A stretch of 64,000 bases of DNA. Source: Entomortierella parvispora E1425. Its lineage: Eukaryota; Fungi; Mortierellomycota. A model generated the notes under the pieces. The model had not been told where the DNA came from and did not search any database. It saw only the letters and a list, made by a program, of their open reading frames with translations. Position 1 is the first letter of the stretch, and each line of letters begins with the position of its first letter. The stretch covers positions 1,302,001 through 1,366,000 of the forward strand of contig BQFW01000001.1 in NCBI GenBank assembly GCA_020891255.1. Direction: 5' to 3'. Below are positions 35,511 to 46,701 of the stretch, one piece after another. Made by a program: the position numbers and the translations under genes.

Positions 35511-37424
35511 ATGTCAATAGTGCTCGACACGCCGCCACCAAAGTCAAAAACACTCTTGGTCGAGTGCATGGACCATGTCCTCTCCTACCTCCGATACAAC
35601 CAACTGCCGACTCTAGTCTCTCTCCTGAGAGTCAACAGCACTCTATTTCACCTCACCATCCCTGTTCTCTACAAGAACCCCTTCCTTATCGTTCGCCAAC
35701 ACCGCACCTGGTCTCCGCAAGAAAAAGAAGCGAGATTTGTTCTCCTACTGAAGCTGTTCCTTTTCGAGCTTGATCTGGCACTGCGCGACCAATTGCCTCC
35801 CATCCTGGAAGAAGAGGAAGATGAGGAATGGAACGAGGCTGAAGATGGCTATCTGAATCATCAGCAGAACCAACATAAGCCAAACGAACCCTTGGCTGAT
35901 CAACGCGACATCAAGAAATCAACTCCGGTCCTGCTGAGAGGAGAGGGCGGCTCTCGCAAGTACTTTTATCATTATCGAAATCACGACCATAGCTTCTTGG
36001 CCCAACATGCGATCTCGGCGATGTTTGGTTCAAGGATAAACTACCTGGGTGCCCTGCACTTGCCTTCCCTTTATAAGGCCGCCGCAGCTACGACGAAGGT
36101 CAATCGGAATGGCAACACAATCAACACCAAGATGATTCAGCAAAAAGAGGACACCGACAGATCGATTCTCTCGATCTTGGATCAATTATTTATTATCCAC
36201 TGTGATTACCGTCCTTTGAGCATTTGCATGTCTGTTCTACGGGTTCACCAATTTCGATATGCGCTTCCCTTCTTGTCGACCCTCCAAGGACTGGACATTC
36301 AACATATTGAATCAATCTCGGACGAAGGAGATGAGAATTTGAATACGCTGGTGGATTGGATCCAAACACACGATCGGACCTTTGGAACGCTACGAGAACT
36401 GTCCCTTGGAGGATCAACTGAATTTGACATGTTTGACCTGGGAACTTCTAAAGCCTTGGTTCGAATCCCGCAAGCATTTAGGAAACTCACTGTCCTTGAC
36501 ACTCGATCATGGAGTGTAGGTTGGTCCATGATTGACCAGGTCACTGTTGAGGGCTTGGAAAGACTAGCAATGGATTACGGCGAGGGACGGAACTCTCTGA
36601 ACGGACCTTCACTCTTTACACGGTGTAGAGCTCTGAAGGTACTGGACATCTTTGTTCCAGGGCTCAATACCTTCAAGGCCGTGGCTGATCTTTACAAGAG
36701 ACAGGTGTTGGGTATCGAAGTAGCGTCTTTGAACTCCGAAGGCACAATGGAGGCGCAACCATCAGGTCGATGGACAGAGCCGCCTTGTTTGCCGCCTGTA
36801 GAGAGGCTATACATCTCGGGAAGTCATGCTCCGTTGAAGAATGCACTGGAGGATGCCGCTATTGGACTAAGCCAGACTTTGCGAGTTTTAAAGGCCACAT
36901 CAACGGGGCGACATAATGTCCAAGAATCCACGCTGAGTTTTGGTGAGCCGCTGTTCCAACTACACATGCCATTTTTGCACGAGCTTCAGCTACAGTGGGA
37001 CATTGCACTCGAGTTTCGATTCGAGTTGCTGCAATGCTGTCCAAACCTGACGACTCTGCGGCTATTGGTCAACGGTCTCGATTCTTGTGGTAGGCCCAAC
37101 AACCCTTTGGATCCAATCCTGGGATTAAGAAAGCTGCAGGTCTTGCAGTTGATGGGTCGCTGGCCTCTGACAAAGGAGTTTGTGGATCAAATCCCGATGC
37201 AGTTGACGGGGCTAAAAATTTTAGATCTGGAGAGATGCTTTGGCGTTGGATTGAACGAAGTCATGGAGGCAGTTCAGTCGATGGAGTTCCTGTGGAGGGT
37301 GGGGTGGATCTTGGGAGAGGAGTTTTCGGAGGATGAACAGTTGGAATCATTTTTGGCCTTGTGGAAACAGAAGGCGCCACAAATTCGAGTGGGTGCCATA
37401 GGGTTCAGTGAGTTTCTTACGTAG
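35511..37424 (+). CDS. F-box-like + degenerate LRR/RNI-like protein (lineage-expanded family), intronless, 637 aa
   Basis: N-terminal LLVECMDHVLSYL...LVSLLRVNSTLFHLTIPVLYKNPF F-box-like motif; LRR-like repeats (LRELSLGG, LKVLDIFVP, CPNLTTLRL, LKILDLERC). Likely ATG is 35511, not the ORF start at 34965. Confidence 0.75.
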   Translation: MSIVLDTPPPKSKTLLVECMDHVLSYLRYNQLPTLVSLLRVNSTLFHLTIPVLYKNPFLIVRQHRTWSPQEKEARFVLLLKLFLFELDLALRDQLPPILEEEEDEEWNEAEDGYLNHQQNQHKPNEPLADQRDIKKSTPVLLRGEGGSRKYFYHYRNHDHSFLAQHAISAMFGSRINYLGALHLPSLYKAAAATTKVNRNGNTINTKMIQQKEDTDRSILSILDQLFIIHCDYRPLSICMSVLRVHQFRYALPFLSTLQGLDIQHIESISDEGDENLNTLVDWIQTHDRTFGTLRELSLGGSTEFDMFDLGTSKALVRIPQAFRKLTVLDTRSWSVGWSMIDQVTVEGLERLAMDYGEGRNSLNGPSLFTRCRALKVLDIFVPGLNTFKAVADLYKRQVLGIEVASLNSEGTMEAQPSGRWTEPPCLPPVERLYISGSHAPLKNALEDAAIGLSQTLRVLKATSTGRHNVQESTLSFGEPLFQLHMPFLHELQLQWDIALEFRFELLQCCPNLTTLRLLVNGLDSCGRPNNPLDPILGLRKLQVLQLMGRWPLTKEFVDQIPMQLTGLKILDLERCFGVGLNEVMEAVQSMEFLWRVGWILGEEFSEDEQLESFLALWKQKAPQIRVGAIGFSEFLT

Positions 37425-38115
37425 ACCCAGAGAAAGAGACGAAGTGAACCCAGGTTGCCCGGTTGAGCGGGTGCGACGGGCGCAATAAACAAGAACAGTA
37501 GAAACAAAGAGGAGTGGAGCCGCACAAAGTGTCCAAAAAAATGCAAGGTGCCCTTTCACGCGCTCCTGCGCTGAATGAATTTGTGGGAGACCTTCCACGA
37601 ATTCCATGGACAAACTTCCCACGAAGGCAAAAGCTTGAGACAGGGAAGACACACAGGAGGGAAGTAGGAGATGAAAAGACAGAGGGGAGGAAAGAGAAAA
37701 CGAAAAGGATCTGATAAGGTCCACCCGCATCGGAGTCGGAACGGAGCTGGTCTGACTTTTTCTCACCGGGACCGCCTCACTCATCTCCAAGATCTGATAA
37801 CGAGAATCTCTTTGGGTAGCGGGCTTTGTGTTAGTTGGCCTAGCTTAGTCTTTACCGGGGTTGAGTGGGTCTGAATGGAAAACAGACTGTGCAGCGTGTT
37901 GTTCCATCGCTTCCAAGGAGAGGGCGTGTGTTGTTCACCGCAGCATCTTGTTCTGTGCATCCAGAAAGTATAAGAGGCTGCCTGCCCACTCGCCACTTTT
38001 TTTTTCCCCTCACCTGTACGCCTTTTCCTCTTTCTTTCTTTTTTACCTTTCTTTCATTCGCATTCATTCCTCATTCCTTTTTGTACATTCTTCTTTCATG
38101 TACATTACTCCAAAC

Positions 38116-39170
38116 ATGCATCCCATTCGCTCCCTTCTCTCCTTGACTGCCCTCTCAGCTTTGGCCCTGGCCGCCGTTGTCCCCCACAACTGCCGTGATA
38201 CCAACAACCAGGTCTCTGCCGCTGGCGAGTCCCTTGAGCAGGCCGCTGGACTGGCCCGTAACCTCGTCAAGAACACCAACGTTGGAACCTTCATGACCGT
38301 AATGAACAGTGCTCGTCAGGAAGGACGTCTCGAGGGTAAACATCGCAGGATGATTCTTGTCAATCCTATCAAGTTGCCAATATTCCGCCGTTGGTCAAAG
38401 AACTCGTGTTAATGATTTTTTTTCCCTCTTTTTTCATAGGTTACCCCTTCGGAAGCATGGATTACTATGTGGATGATTGCGACCAGCCCGGTACTCCCTT
38501 GATGTTGTTGTCCAGCTTGCAGATCAACATCAAGAACGCCGAGACGAACAACAAGGTCTCGCTCGCCATCCGTAAATTGCCAGCAGAGGGCGAGAAGGGT
38601 AACCCCATGGTGGATCCTCGCGTTACTCTGATGGGACACTTGGTCCCCGTGGACAAGGAGAAGGTAAAAAAAACACAAACAAGTGTATGAGAGAGTGAGA
38701 GCAGGACAAAGAACACAGAGAGCAAATTGCAAAACGACCACAACAACAAAAGAGTTGGGTACATAACCAAAGATGGAGAAAAAGGTGCCAGCTGGCAGGA
38801 AAACTCTTTTGGTTAAAAAGAAAGAAAAAAGGTGTTTGAGCTTCTACGGACCTGATGCTTATTGCTCTTTTGCTCACCGCCTGCCCGTCTTTTCATTCTT
38901 TAATAGCACGCTCGCGCCGAGGCCTGCTTTGTTGCCAAGCACCCCGAGGCCAAGTGGTGGTTGCCCGGTGCAGGATTCCATGACTTCAAGTGGTACAACA
39001 TGGAGATTGATGATATCTACTACATCGGAGGCTTTGGTGGCATCCATTACATCGGCTGGATCGATGTTGCTACCTACTACGGTGCTGATAACTTGTCTTC
39101 GACGAAATTGATGTTGGATGAAGCTGATCTTGAGTCTTTGTCTTCATCATTGTTGTTGCAGCGCCAATAG
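38116..39170 (+). CDS. CREG-like secreted/vacuolar protein (FMN-binding split-barrel/PNPOx-like fold); three exons
   Basis: Signal peptide MHPIRSLLSLTALSALALAA; AAGLARNLV...G|YPFGSMDYY...LMLLSSLQINIKN...PRVTLMG...CFVAKHPEAKWW...HDF...IYYIGGFGG. Confidence 0.82.
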
Positions 39171-39864
39171 GCGTGATATGGGCAGAAAGATAGAAACACA
39201 GACGGAGAATAAACAGCGTGCAATACTCTTGAAATATACTTCCTTGACCTCAGCATTCGGATTGTGGCAACCAAAAGTAAGAAAGTCATTCAGTGATCAG
39301 ATGTGCAGCTCACTATGGCGCGAGCTGCTGGAGTTAGACCGGGGCAAGAGGTGATGTTTATTACACAAGGATCTTCGGGCGTGGATCTCGTGAAGTATGA
39401 CTGTCGTTTCGCAATGCCATATGCCAATGCGCAACAATTTCTGGCCTTAATAACACACGCAATAGGTATCATAGACGTCCCCTATTTTCTCCATTGCACA
39501 ACGTCCAGTCTTGCCCTGCCTTGCACAACCATCGCGCCATGACGAATAATAGGATTCAGCATCAGCCAAAGCGATGAACAAGACTGCGACTAAATGGCCC
39601 CACACGTTGCTGAGCACGTGACACACGCGACCCGGCCACGGGCGACATTTTGCCTTTTTTTCTGATTGTGGACTATCGCTTTGATCAGTGCTTGCCTGTC
39701 ACTGTCTCTGCTCATCCGCCTCTCTCCCCCTTCCTTGCTCTCTCTCTCTCTCACTCTCACTCTCGTTTTCTCTCTTCTTCTCTAGCTCTTCACTTCTTTT
39801 TGTTTCTTCTGTCCTCTATCATATTGAGACTGGCCTCCTTTACTTTCTCTTTGACATCTCCACC

Positions 39865-40896
39865 ATGCCCCGAAAAAAAGCAGATCCAACCCTCGCCTCC
39901 TCGGTCTCGTCTACTGAGGCACACGCGCAACCAGATACAATGCGTATTACTCCCGCTCCCGACGCACAAGAGAATACCTCATCATCCTTCACTCCGGGCA
40001 GGGCTGTCAAACGCAAAATGGAAGCGACTCCTGGAGATTTGAACGGTGAACCGCGGTCAAAGCCTAAGCGAACCAGGAAGCCCACCGTTGATTCCAGCAA
40101 GCAAGCTAGTTCTTCGTCTTTCTTATCTTCTACCAACGCCATACTCCCTATAGCTCCTGAAATCGTGAAATCAGCGGCAGAGCGTCTTCCCTCCGAAGTG
40201 TGGCACTTGATAATGAACTACCTGCCTACATCCCATGTGGTACCTTTGGCGTCCGTTTGCAGAACTCTTCTCCGCGATTGTTTGTTGTGGCCATGTTGGA
40301 GGACCATCTGCGAAGAAAACAAGCTTGGGGAACCGAAACGAAAGTACAAATCGTACATGGCCTTGGTCTGCTCTGAATCCTGCTACATGTGTGACCGCTG
40401 CGACCTCCGGAGCACTGGCACGGGCCAGTTCAAGCGAGATGAGATCCCCCTCAGGATCAAGAACATGGGCGATCAAGGTCATGTCTGGCAGCTCTGCCGA
40501 GACTGTCGCCTCGACTACTACGACCTGTTCCCAGAGACTGAATTTCTGAACAGGGTGGGCACCCATGGAGTAACCTTGTCCTGGATCCGTGACCATCTCC
40601 ATTTGAAGCTAGAAGATCTTAGGGGAGTGGACTTCTATTATGAGCAGCCGGACTTGGAAGAGCGATACGAGTGGGAATCGGAGGAGGAGGCGTACTATCG
40701 TCTTGAACGCGCTGCAAACACGGTGGGTATCTTAAAATACCCAAAGAATCAAGTCTACTGGGTGGCGCTGACCAAGTACGGAGGTACGGTGGGCCTAGGT
40801 GCGGTCCAGCGAAAAGTTGCTTTGGAAGTGTTGAAGGCTTACAAAAGAAGAAAGTACCCCGCTCGAGCTGCTGAGATTGACGCACAAAGTATGTGA
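39865..40896 (+). CDS. F-box + C4 zinc-finger/XPA-like domain protein, array copy 1
   Basis: Basic N-terminus (KRK...KPKRTRK); F-box LPSEVWHLIMNYLPTSHVVPLASVCR; CDRC...CRDC; C-terminal 'YPKNQVYWVALTKYGGTVGL'. Confidence 0.82.
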   Translation: MPRKKADPTLASSVSSTEAHAQPDTMRITPAPDAQENTSSSFTPGRAVKRKMEATPGDLNGEPRSKPKRTRKPTVDSSKQASSSSFLSSTNAILPIAPEIVKSAAERLPSEVWHLIMNYLPTSHVVPLASVCRTLLRDCLLWPCWRTICEENKLGEPKRKYKSYMALVCSESCYMCDRCDLRSTGTGQFKRDEIPLRIKNMGDQGHVWQLCRDCRLDYYDLFPETEFLNRVGTHGVTLSWIRDHLHLKLEDLRGVDFYYEQPDLEERYEWESEEEAYYRLERAANTVGILKYPKNQVYWVALTKYGGTVGLGAVQRKVALEVLKAYKRRKYPARAAEIDAQSM

Positions 40897-41332
40897 AGAT
40901 GTGACCAACTACAGGGTACCGATGACCCTTTTACCACTGCATCCATTCTTTTGAGTTCACGTTCAAGTGTTCAAACGTCAAGCAATAAAAACAAATCTGT
41001 GCAACTCGTCCGTTCTGTTGACAGAGGAAAGGTGGAGGTCAATGCACTGACATAGTCAATCTTCGCATGTTCTTCTGTGGTCCTAATTTTTTTTTTTTTG
41101 ACGCAATGACTACATTCAGAGGGGTGGCCTATCGACAATAAAAAAAAGGGAAGAGCTCAGACTTTTGGTGATTGTGACATTGTGTTATTTGATCAACAAA
41201 GGCCAAAGTCTCTTTGTCTTTTTCGTTCCTCCCCTTCCTCTCCTTGTCTTTCCCCTCTGTTATTCCTTGTTCTATTCTTCCTCTTCTCTGCTGCCGCTTG
41301 TTTCTTTACTTTTCTATCCAGGATCTACAATC

Positions 41333-42289
41333 ATGAAAAACATTCAGTCAAGCTCGCTCTCTCTTCCAGACTCTGACAATACTCTTGGACATGGTGGTCA
41401 AGTTCTCGGATCGATCATCACTTCCTGGAATCACAGTATCGACTCCATGCAGCCCGATCCCAAAACCGGTCAACGACGACGCCAAGCCAAGCGACAAAAG
41501 ACGAAGGCGACCACAGATGGAGGCTCGGGAGAAGAACAACATCTTGTTCGTTTGCCTAACCAAGGCGAAGGACTCGACTCGGATAGTTTTCTGATCTCGG
41601 AATCAGCCTTTATCGACACTCAAGATCCCGCCGCCAGGTTGCGTCGAATCGTGGGAAGAATGCCTCCAGAGATCTGGCACCTGATCTTCTCTTTCATGCC
41701 CACGTCCCATGTCCCACCCGTGTCTTTAGTTTCGAGAACCATGCTGGATATTTGTCGAACATGGCCCCGTTGGAGATTTATCTGCCGTGCAAACAACCTC
41801 GGAGAGCCAAAGCGCAAATATCGATCCTACATGGCCTTGGCTTGTTCTGAGTCTCATTACATCTGCGATATGGGGGACAGTCGAAGCACGGGCACTGGAC
41901 ATTTCCGATCCTCTGAACTTCCATTACCAGTCTTGAATCAAGAGGATGGACAGGTGTGGCGACTGTGTATCGGCTGTCGGTGGACCTATTACGATCGCTA
42001 TCCGGAGCTTGACTTTCTGGAGCAGATCGACGTCAACAGTCAAGTGAGCGGACAGTGGGTTCGAAAACATTTGTTCGTGGACAGTGCCCACATGAAGGCC
42101 TTGAACCCCACCCGAGATCACACGAACTGGGCCATGAGTGAGATGACGGCTACAGAATATGCACTGGAGATTCATGGAGGTCTTGTCGGACTGTTGGCAG
42201 TCAAGAACAAGCTCTCCAGGGACGTCTTGGTCAAGTATCGGCTGCGAAAGAAAGAGGATGGGGCGGGACTGTGCCGCGACAGACGCTAG
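41333..42289 (+). CDS. F-box + XPA-like domain protein, array copy 2 (one Zn-ligand Cys replaced by Gly)
   Basis: MPPEIWHLIFSFMPTSHV; LGEPKRKYRSYMALACSES; CDMG...CIGC; EYALEIHGGLVGL. Confidence 0.8.
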   Translation: MKNIQSSSLSLPDSDNTLGHGGQVLGSIITSWNHSIDSMQPDPKTGQRRRQAKRQKTKATTDGGSGEEQHLVRLPNQGEGLDSDSFLISESAFIDTQDPAARLRRIVGRMPPEIWHLIFSFMPTSHVPPVSLVSRTMLDICRTWPRWRFICRANNLGEPKRKYRSYMALACSESHYICDMGDSRSTGTGHFRSSELPLPVLNQEDGQVWRLCIGCRWTYYDRYPELDFLEQIDVNSQVSGQWVRKHLFVDSAHMKALNPTRDHTNWAMSEMTATEYALEIHGGLVGLLAVKNKLSRDVLVKYRLRKKEDGAGLCRDRR

Positions 42290-42519
42290 GGCGTGAGCCC
42301 TTCCTTTGAGGAAACAACCCTGCGCAAATCCCCGGATTTACTGCAGTTGCACCGCGCACCCATTATTTTTTGTTTTCATTTGCTCGTTGCCACCACCAAC
42401 GTGGGCACAAACAAACTCCGAGAGATGGAATAAACTGCGATTTGCTCTTTCTTTTCTTTCTCATCTTTCATCCACTCAATTTTGCGTCAACATCCCACTT
42501 TATTTGCTATCTTGCTACT

Positions 42520-43455
42520 AATCACCAACCAGACAACAACAGACTCCTCGTTATCGGACCGTCGTCCACTTAATCGTTCACAGAGGTCAACATGACTCGA
42601 AAGTTATGGACCAGACCAGATGAAGGAGATAAATGGAAACAAGGAAGTCGAGGCTGCTACTTCGTACTCCTTGATCACAATGGAGGCTGCCGTGGCGGAA
42701 CCAATGCCTGCCTTGCTGCATCTCCCCCCAGAGGTTGGAAACATGTCCTCTCTTTCTTGCCAACGTCCCATGTTGCTCGTCTACCTTTGTTTCGATGCAG
42801 CTGTTCAATTTCTGTTCATTCAATGGTCAAAAAGATCACCCCACTAGCAATGTTTGGATCTGAAGAAAACCGGACTGTGATCTTACAGAGTAAGGAATCA
42901 AATATGATCACCATGGAGAACTATCTGCGAAGTGAGCCGATTGGGCGAAACCTAAGAGAAAATACAGGTCCCACATGGCCCTGGTCTGCTCCGAGTCGTA
43001 CTACATTTGTGACCAATGCGACAGTCGAGGCACTGGCACAAAATCGCATGGACAAGCTGGTCCCTGTTTCCCGCCTGGATGACCGGGGTCATGGGTGGCA
43101 ACTCTGCAGGAAATGTCGCATAGAGTACTATCAGATGCACCATGCACCCAGAGATGAAGGAGGTCCTGAGCAAGATTGATGTGAAGGATGAGGTATCGGA
43201 GTATAACATTATTCGCCAATTGAAGCTGAGGCATGGTGATCTCTCTGCATTGGCGAGTAGGATCACAGACGTCAACCAGGTCTATTTTATGCCCGAGAAC
43301 GTCATGTTCAACACGCGAGAGGTGACTGCACACGCAACGGCAGTGCATGGGGGCCCTGTAGGAGTTGTGGCTGCCAGGGGTTGACACCCATTATGACGCT
43401 GTGCCCAAGTACAGGCTGCGGAAGCAAAGAAATGCTTGTATAAATATACAATAAG
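42520..43455 (+). pseudogene. Frameshifted pseudogene of the F-box/XPA-like family, array copy 3 (closest to copy 4)
   Basis: Homologous segments lie in three frames: MEAAVAEPMPALLHLPPEV / WKHVLSFLPTSHV / PKRKYRSHMALVCSESYYICDQCD / WQLCRKCRIEYY / EVTAHATAVHGGPVGV. At least 4 frameshifts plus an insertion. Confidence 0.85.
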
Positions 43456-43610
43456 CCAGTTTTTCCACCTTGAATAAAATCAATAGAAAAGGGTACTTTT
43501 TTCGTCAGAGTGATGTTTATGTTTCTTTCCATCATCCACTTGCTTTTGCATCAACCCTCATCCCGATCCCCAAATATTACCATCACATACTGCCAGAGAG
43601 TCCTCAAACT

Positions 43611-44567
43611 ATGACTACCAACGAAGAAGCAATAACCAACCATTCCACCGAAGCGGGTCCTCGTCGATCTAAGCGTCTACTTCAACGAAAGATTGACTCG
43701 GAGGCTGTGGAGCAGGGCGAACCAAAGGAAGAGCATCGCGAAGAAGAAATCAGGCCGAAAAAGAAAAGACTTTGTCGACCGAGAAAAGCCGCGAAGACAA
43801 GGGGTACCGCAGAACCCAAAGTGATCACCGATGATGATATGGAAATGTTCGTAGCGGAGCCGACGCCTCCTCTATTGCTTCTTCCTCCAGAGGTGCTGCA
43901 TCACGTCCTTTCGTTCATGCCAACATCTCAGGTTGCGCCCTTGTCCTTGGTCTCGACACGTCTGCTTGAGATTTGTCGTTCCTGGCCCCGATGGAGGACC
44001 ATCTGCAAAGTGAGCCAGCTGGGCGAACCCAAATTGAAGTACAGGTCCCATATGGCTCTGGTCTGCTCCGAGTCGTGCTACATTTGTGACCTATGCGATG
44101 GTCGAAGCACCGGCACAGGATTCTGTGGGCTTGCTGGTCTTCCCCTCTCTGTCTCTCGTACGGATGATCAGGATTGCTGGTGGCGACTCTGCAAGCAATG
44201 CCGTATCAAGTACTATGAGGAGCATCCCGAAACTGAAGACATCCTGAGCACGATCCACCCCAAAGATGAGATTTCAGAGTACGACATCATTCGTGAGTTG
44301 AAGCTGAAGCATGAAGAACTCTATCGATTTGATCGTCGGTCAGTGGGCTACCAGAGCTTCTACAGCCGTCGACGGTTTTACAATCCAAGCAACTACTTGT
44401 TCAACACACGGGACGTGACGGAGTATGCGATGGACGTGCATGGAGGTTGGGTCGGGGTCTTGGCAGCCAGGAACCGTTATTGTTCTCATGTCTTGGAGAC
44501 TTACAGGCTGAGGAAGAGACTGGACCAGCTTCTCCCCCAAAAAAAGCCAGCCATTGCCGAAGCTTGA
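43611..44567 (+). CDS. F-box + C4 zinc-finger/XPA-like domain protein, array copy 4
   Basis: RRSKR...RPKKKR NLS-like; LPPEVLHHVLSFMPTSQV; CDLC...CKQC; ISEYDIIRELKLKHEEL...LFNTRDVTEYAMDVHGGWVGV. Confidence 0.82.
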   Translation: MTTNEEAITNHSTEAGPRRSKRLLQRKIDSEAVEQGEPKEEHREEEIRPKKKRLCRPRKAAKTRGTAEPKVITDDDMEMFVAEPTPPLLLLPPEVLHHVLSFMPTSQVAPLSLVSTRLLEICRSWPRWRTICKVSQLGEPKLKYRSHMALVCSESCYICDLCDGRSTGTGFCGLAGLPLSVSRTDDQDCWWRLCKQCRIKYYEEHPETEDILSTIHPKDEISEYDIIRELKLKHEELYRFDRRSVGYQSFYSRRRFYNPSNYLFNTRDVTEYAMDVHGGWVGVLAARNRYCSHVLETYRLRKRLDQLLPQKKPAIAEA

Positions 44568-44843
44568 ATTCAGATGAATGCCTTTTTTTTTCTTTGTGAT
44601 CAGTCCAAATAAAGAGCAGCCCCACTCAGCCTTTATTTTCGCAGAGGTTCTCATCTTTATTTGGAAAGAGCGAGCGCACCGCCATCGTCTGCACTGTGGT
44701 CAGCGAAGACGTCCTGCTTGTCCACTTTCTCTGCTTGTCTATTTTCTCTCTTTCTCTTTCTCTCTCTCTCTTTCTACTCTGTATCAATTTTACCTTTGCT
44801 ATTCGTCTTCAATTGTGTGGTCAGAGACCCCTTCCTGGTGACA

Positions 44844-45959
44844 ATGGCGCGTGCACGAATCATCGAGTTGCCACTCCCTCGTCCTCCACAAGCACCACTG
44901 TTGTTCACCACAGCCATGCACCCTCTGCACATGTACGTCTCTCATGAAGATTACAGCCCGCCTGAGACTTTGTCCCTCAGGGACATTGCCCCCAGATCCA
45001 TCGATCGCGTTCCTCTTGAGATCTGGCACAGAATTTTTGATTTTTTACCCACCTCCCAGGTCGCGATCACAGCTGTGGTGTCCAGGGATTTCCTGGAAGC
45101 TGCTCAAACCTGGGACCGCTGGATCAATATCTGCCTTTTGAACGGTCTGAAGGGTAACCGGCACATTTACAAGTCCGAGATGACTCTGGTTTGCTCAGAG
45201 TCGTACTTTATCTGTGATCTCTGTGACAAGAGAACGACAGGTGAGGGGCGTTTTACGTCTTGCCAGATCCCCATACCGGTGTTGAACAAGGCCGACAATG
45301 GATTGATATGGCGGCTTTGTGCCCATTGTCGAACTAACTACTACAAGGCATTTCCGGATGATGAGTCCATTCTGCATGGGATCGCTTCAGATGTCATGGT
45401 CTCGACCGATTGGGTTCGCACGCACCTTTGTGTGGACTTGGTTGACATCAAAGTACAGGAATCAGAGGCAGAAGCACTTGCGGAAAACAGAGGTCCAATT
45501 GGGTATAGGTTGGCGGACGGATCAACAGTGTTCAGGTTTTGGGATATGGTGAAGTGCACAAAGGAGATCCACGGAGGATGGGTTGGTTTTGCAGCGGCCA
45601 AGAATGGGAAGGCATCCACGCTTCGATTCATGCTCCAGCTACGCAAAGCTCGAGATGAGACCTTGGCGCTTCTCCGTCGAAGACAGCGGTCATGGCTTCA
45701 AAAAGATGGCAGCTATCAAGACGAGTCCGTCGATATCCTCACCTACTCGGGTGATGAAGAGGAAGACATGGAGACCCTTTTTGATTTCCAGGACGAAGGC
45801 ATCGTGGCTCCCCCTAGAGCTGAATCTAAAGCCGTCAATGTTCTGCGGGCCCCAAATGAATCCGTGCAGACGGTCCCTGACACTGAAAGCATATCAGCCA
45901 GGACCTTTTCCAGCTCGGGGGATGGAGCTGGTGAGAGTCTTCTCGGCTATTGCGGATGA
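44844..45959 (+). CDS. F-box + C4 zinc-finger/XPA-like domain protein, array copy 5
   Basis: VPLEIWHRIFDFLPTSQV; LVCSESYFICDLCD...CAHC; FRFWDMVKCTKEIHGGWVGF; acidic C-terminal extension. Confidence 0.82.
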   Translation: MARARIIELPLPRPPQAPLLFTTAMHPLHMYVSHEDYSPPETLSLRDIAPRSIDRVPLEIWHRIFDFLPTSQVAITAVVSRDFLEAAQTWDRWINICLLNGLKGNRHIYKSEMTLVCSESYFICDLCDKRTTGEGRFTSCQIPIPVLNKADNGLIWRLCAHCRTNYYKAFPDDESILHGIASDVMVSTDWVRTHLCVDLVDIKVQESEAEALAENRGPIGYRLADGSTVFRFWDMVKCTKEIHGGWVGFAAAKNGKASTLRFMLQLRKARDETLALLRRRQRSWLQKDGSYQDESVDILTYSGDEEEDMETLFDFQDEGIVAPPRAESKAVNVLRAPNESVQTVPDTESISARTFSSSGDGAGESLLGYCG

Positions 45960-46701
45960 GGATCGGAACGCATGGAGAGAAGCACGACCTATCAAACCTC
46001 AAAAATCAAATAAAACCAAGACCAAAAAGGCAACACAAAGCATGATCGCCTGCACCGTGGGGCCCAAATTTGCGCTCCACATCACCATCATCATGACCTG
46101 GTAACAGCGATGTTCTGTTTGACAAATAAAGGGATTAAAAGACATGGTTGACGAGAACTTGTGGAGGCTTGCCTTCAGGTCACTGTCTGTTACTGATTCC
46201 AATGGTCATCCATTTCTGCCATCGAGTGTTAATCCGGGGTTACCAGGTCGTGAGCATCAATTGCTTTCAACGCTGAGCTGATTGGTCCTTAGCGGGCGCT
46301 TTGTCACTCCATAGCCTACATAAAGATGAGCTGCACGAGCCGCAAGGGCAGAAGGGAAAGGGAGAAAAAAGTAAGGGGAATCTAGGACTCACGTCCAAGG
46401 CTTCGCAGATTTCTCCTGGCAGGCGGCTTTTTTTTTATGCAAAAAGCTCAATACTTTCAAGCTGAAGATGATACGGATCAGAAAGCCCATGCTGCAGGGT
46501 CGCCTCAAGGGCGCCTTCGTGTGATGGTCTAGATCCTTTCGCATAATCCACAATCATCCCTTGTCCTGTGAACCTCGCTGCTGGGTAGAAACGAGCTTTT
46601 AAATCACAGTTGTGGAATTTTCACTCTTTCATCTTCTCCCACGCACAGCTACAACCTCCGCCCTGCCATCCTCCCCCACTGAAATCACAAGTACAAACAC
46701 G

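Noticed and set aside
45999-46330. Minus-strand remnant ORF between array copy 5 and FAR (possible transposon relic)
   Set aside because: Interrupted by stops, no recognisable transposase motif or terminal repeats.
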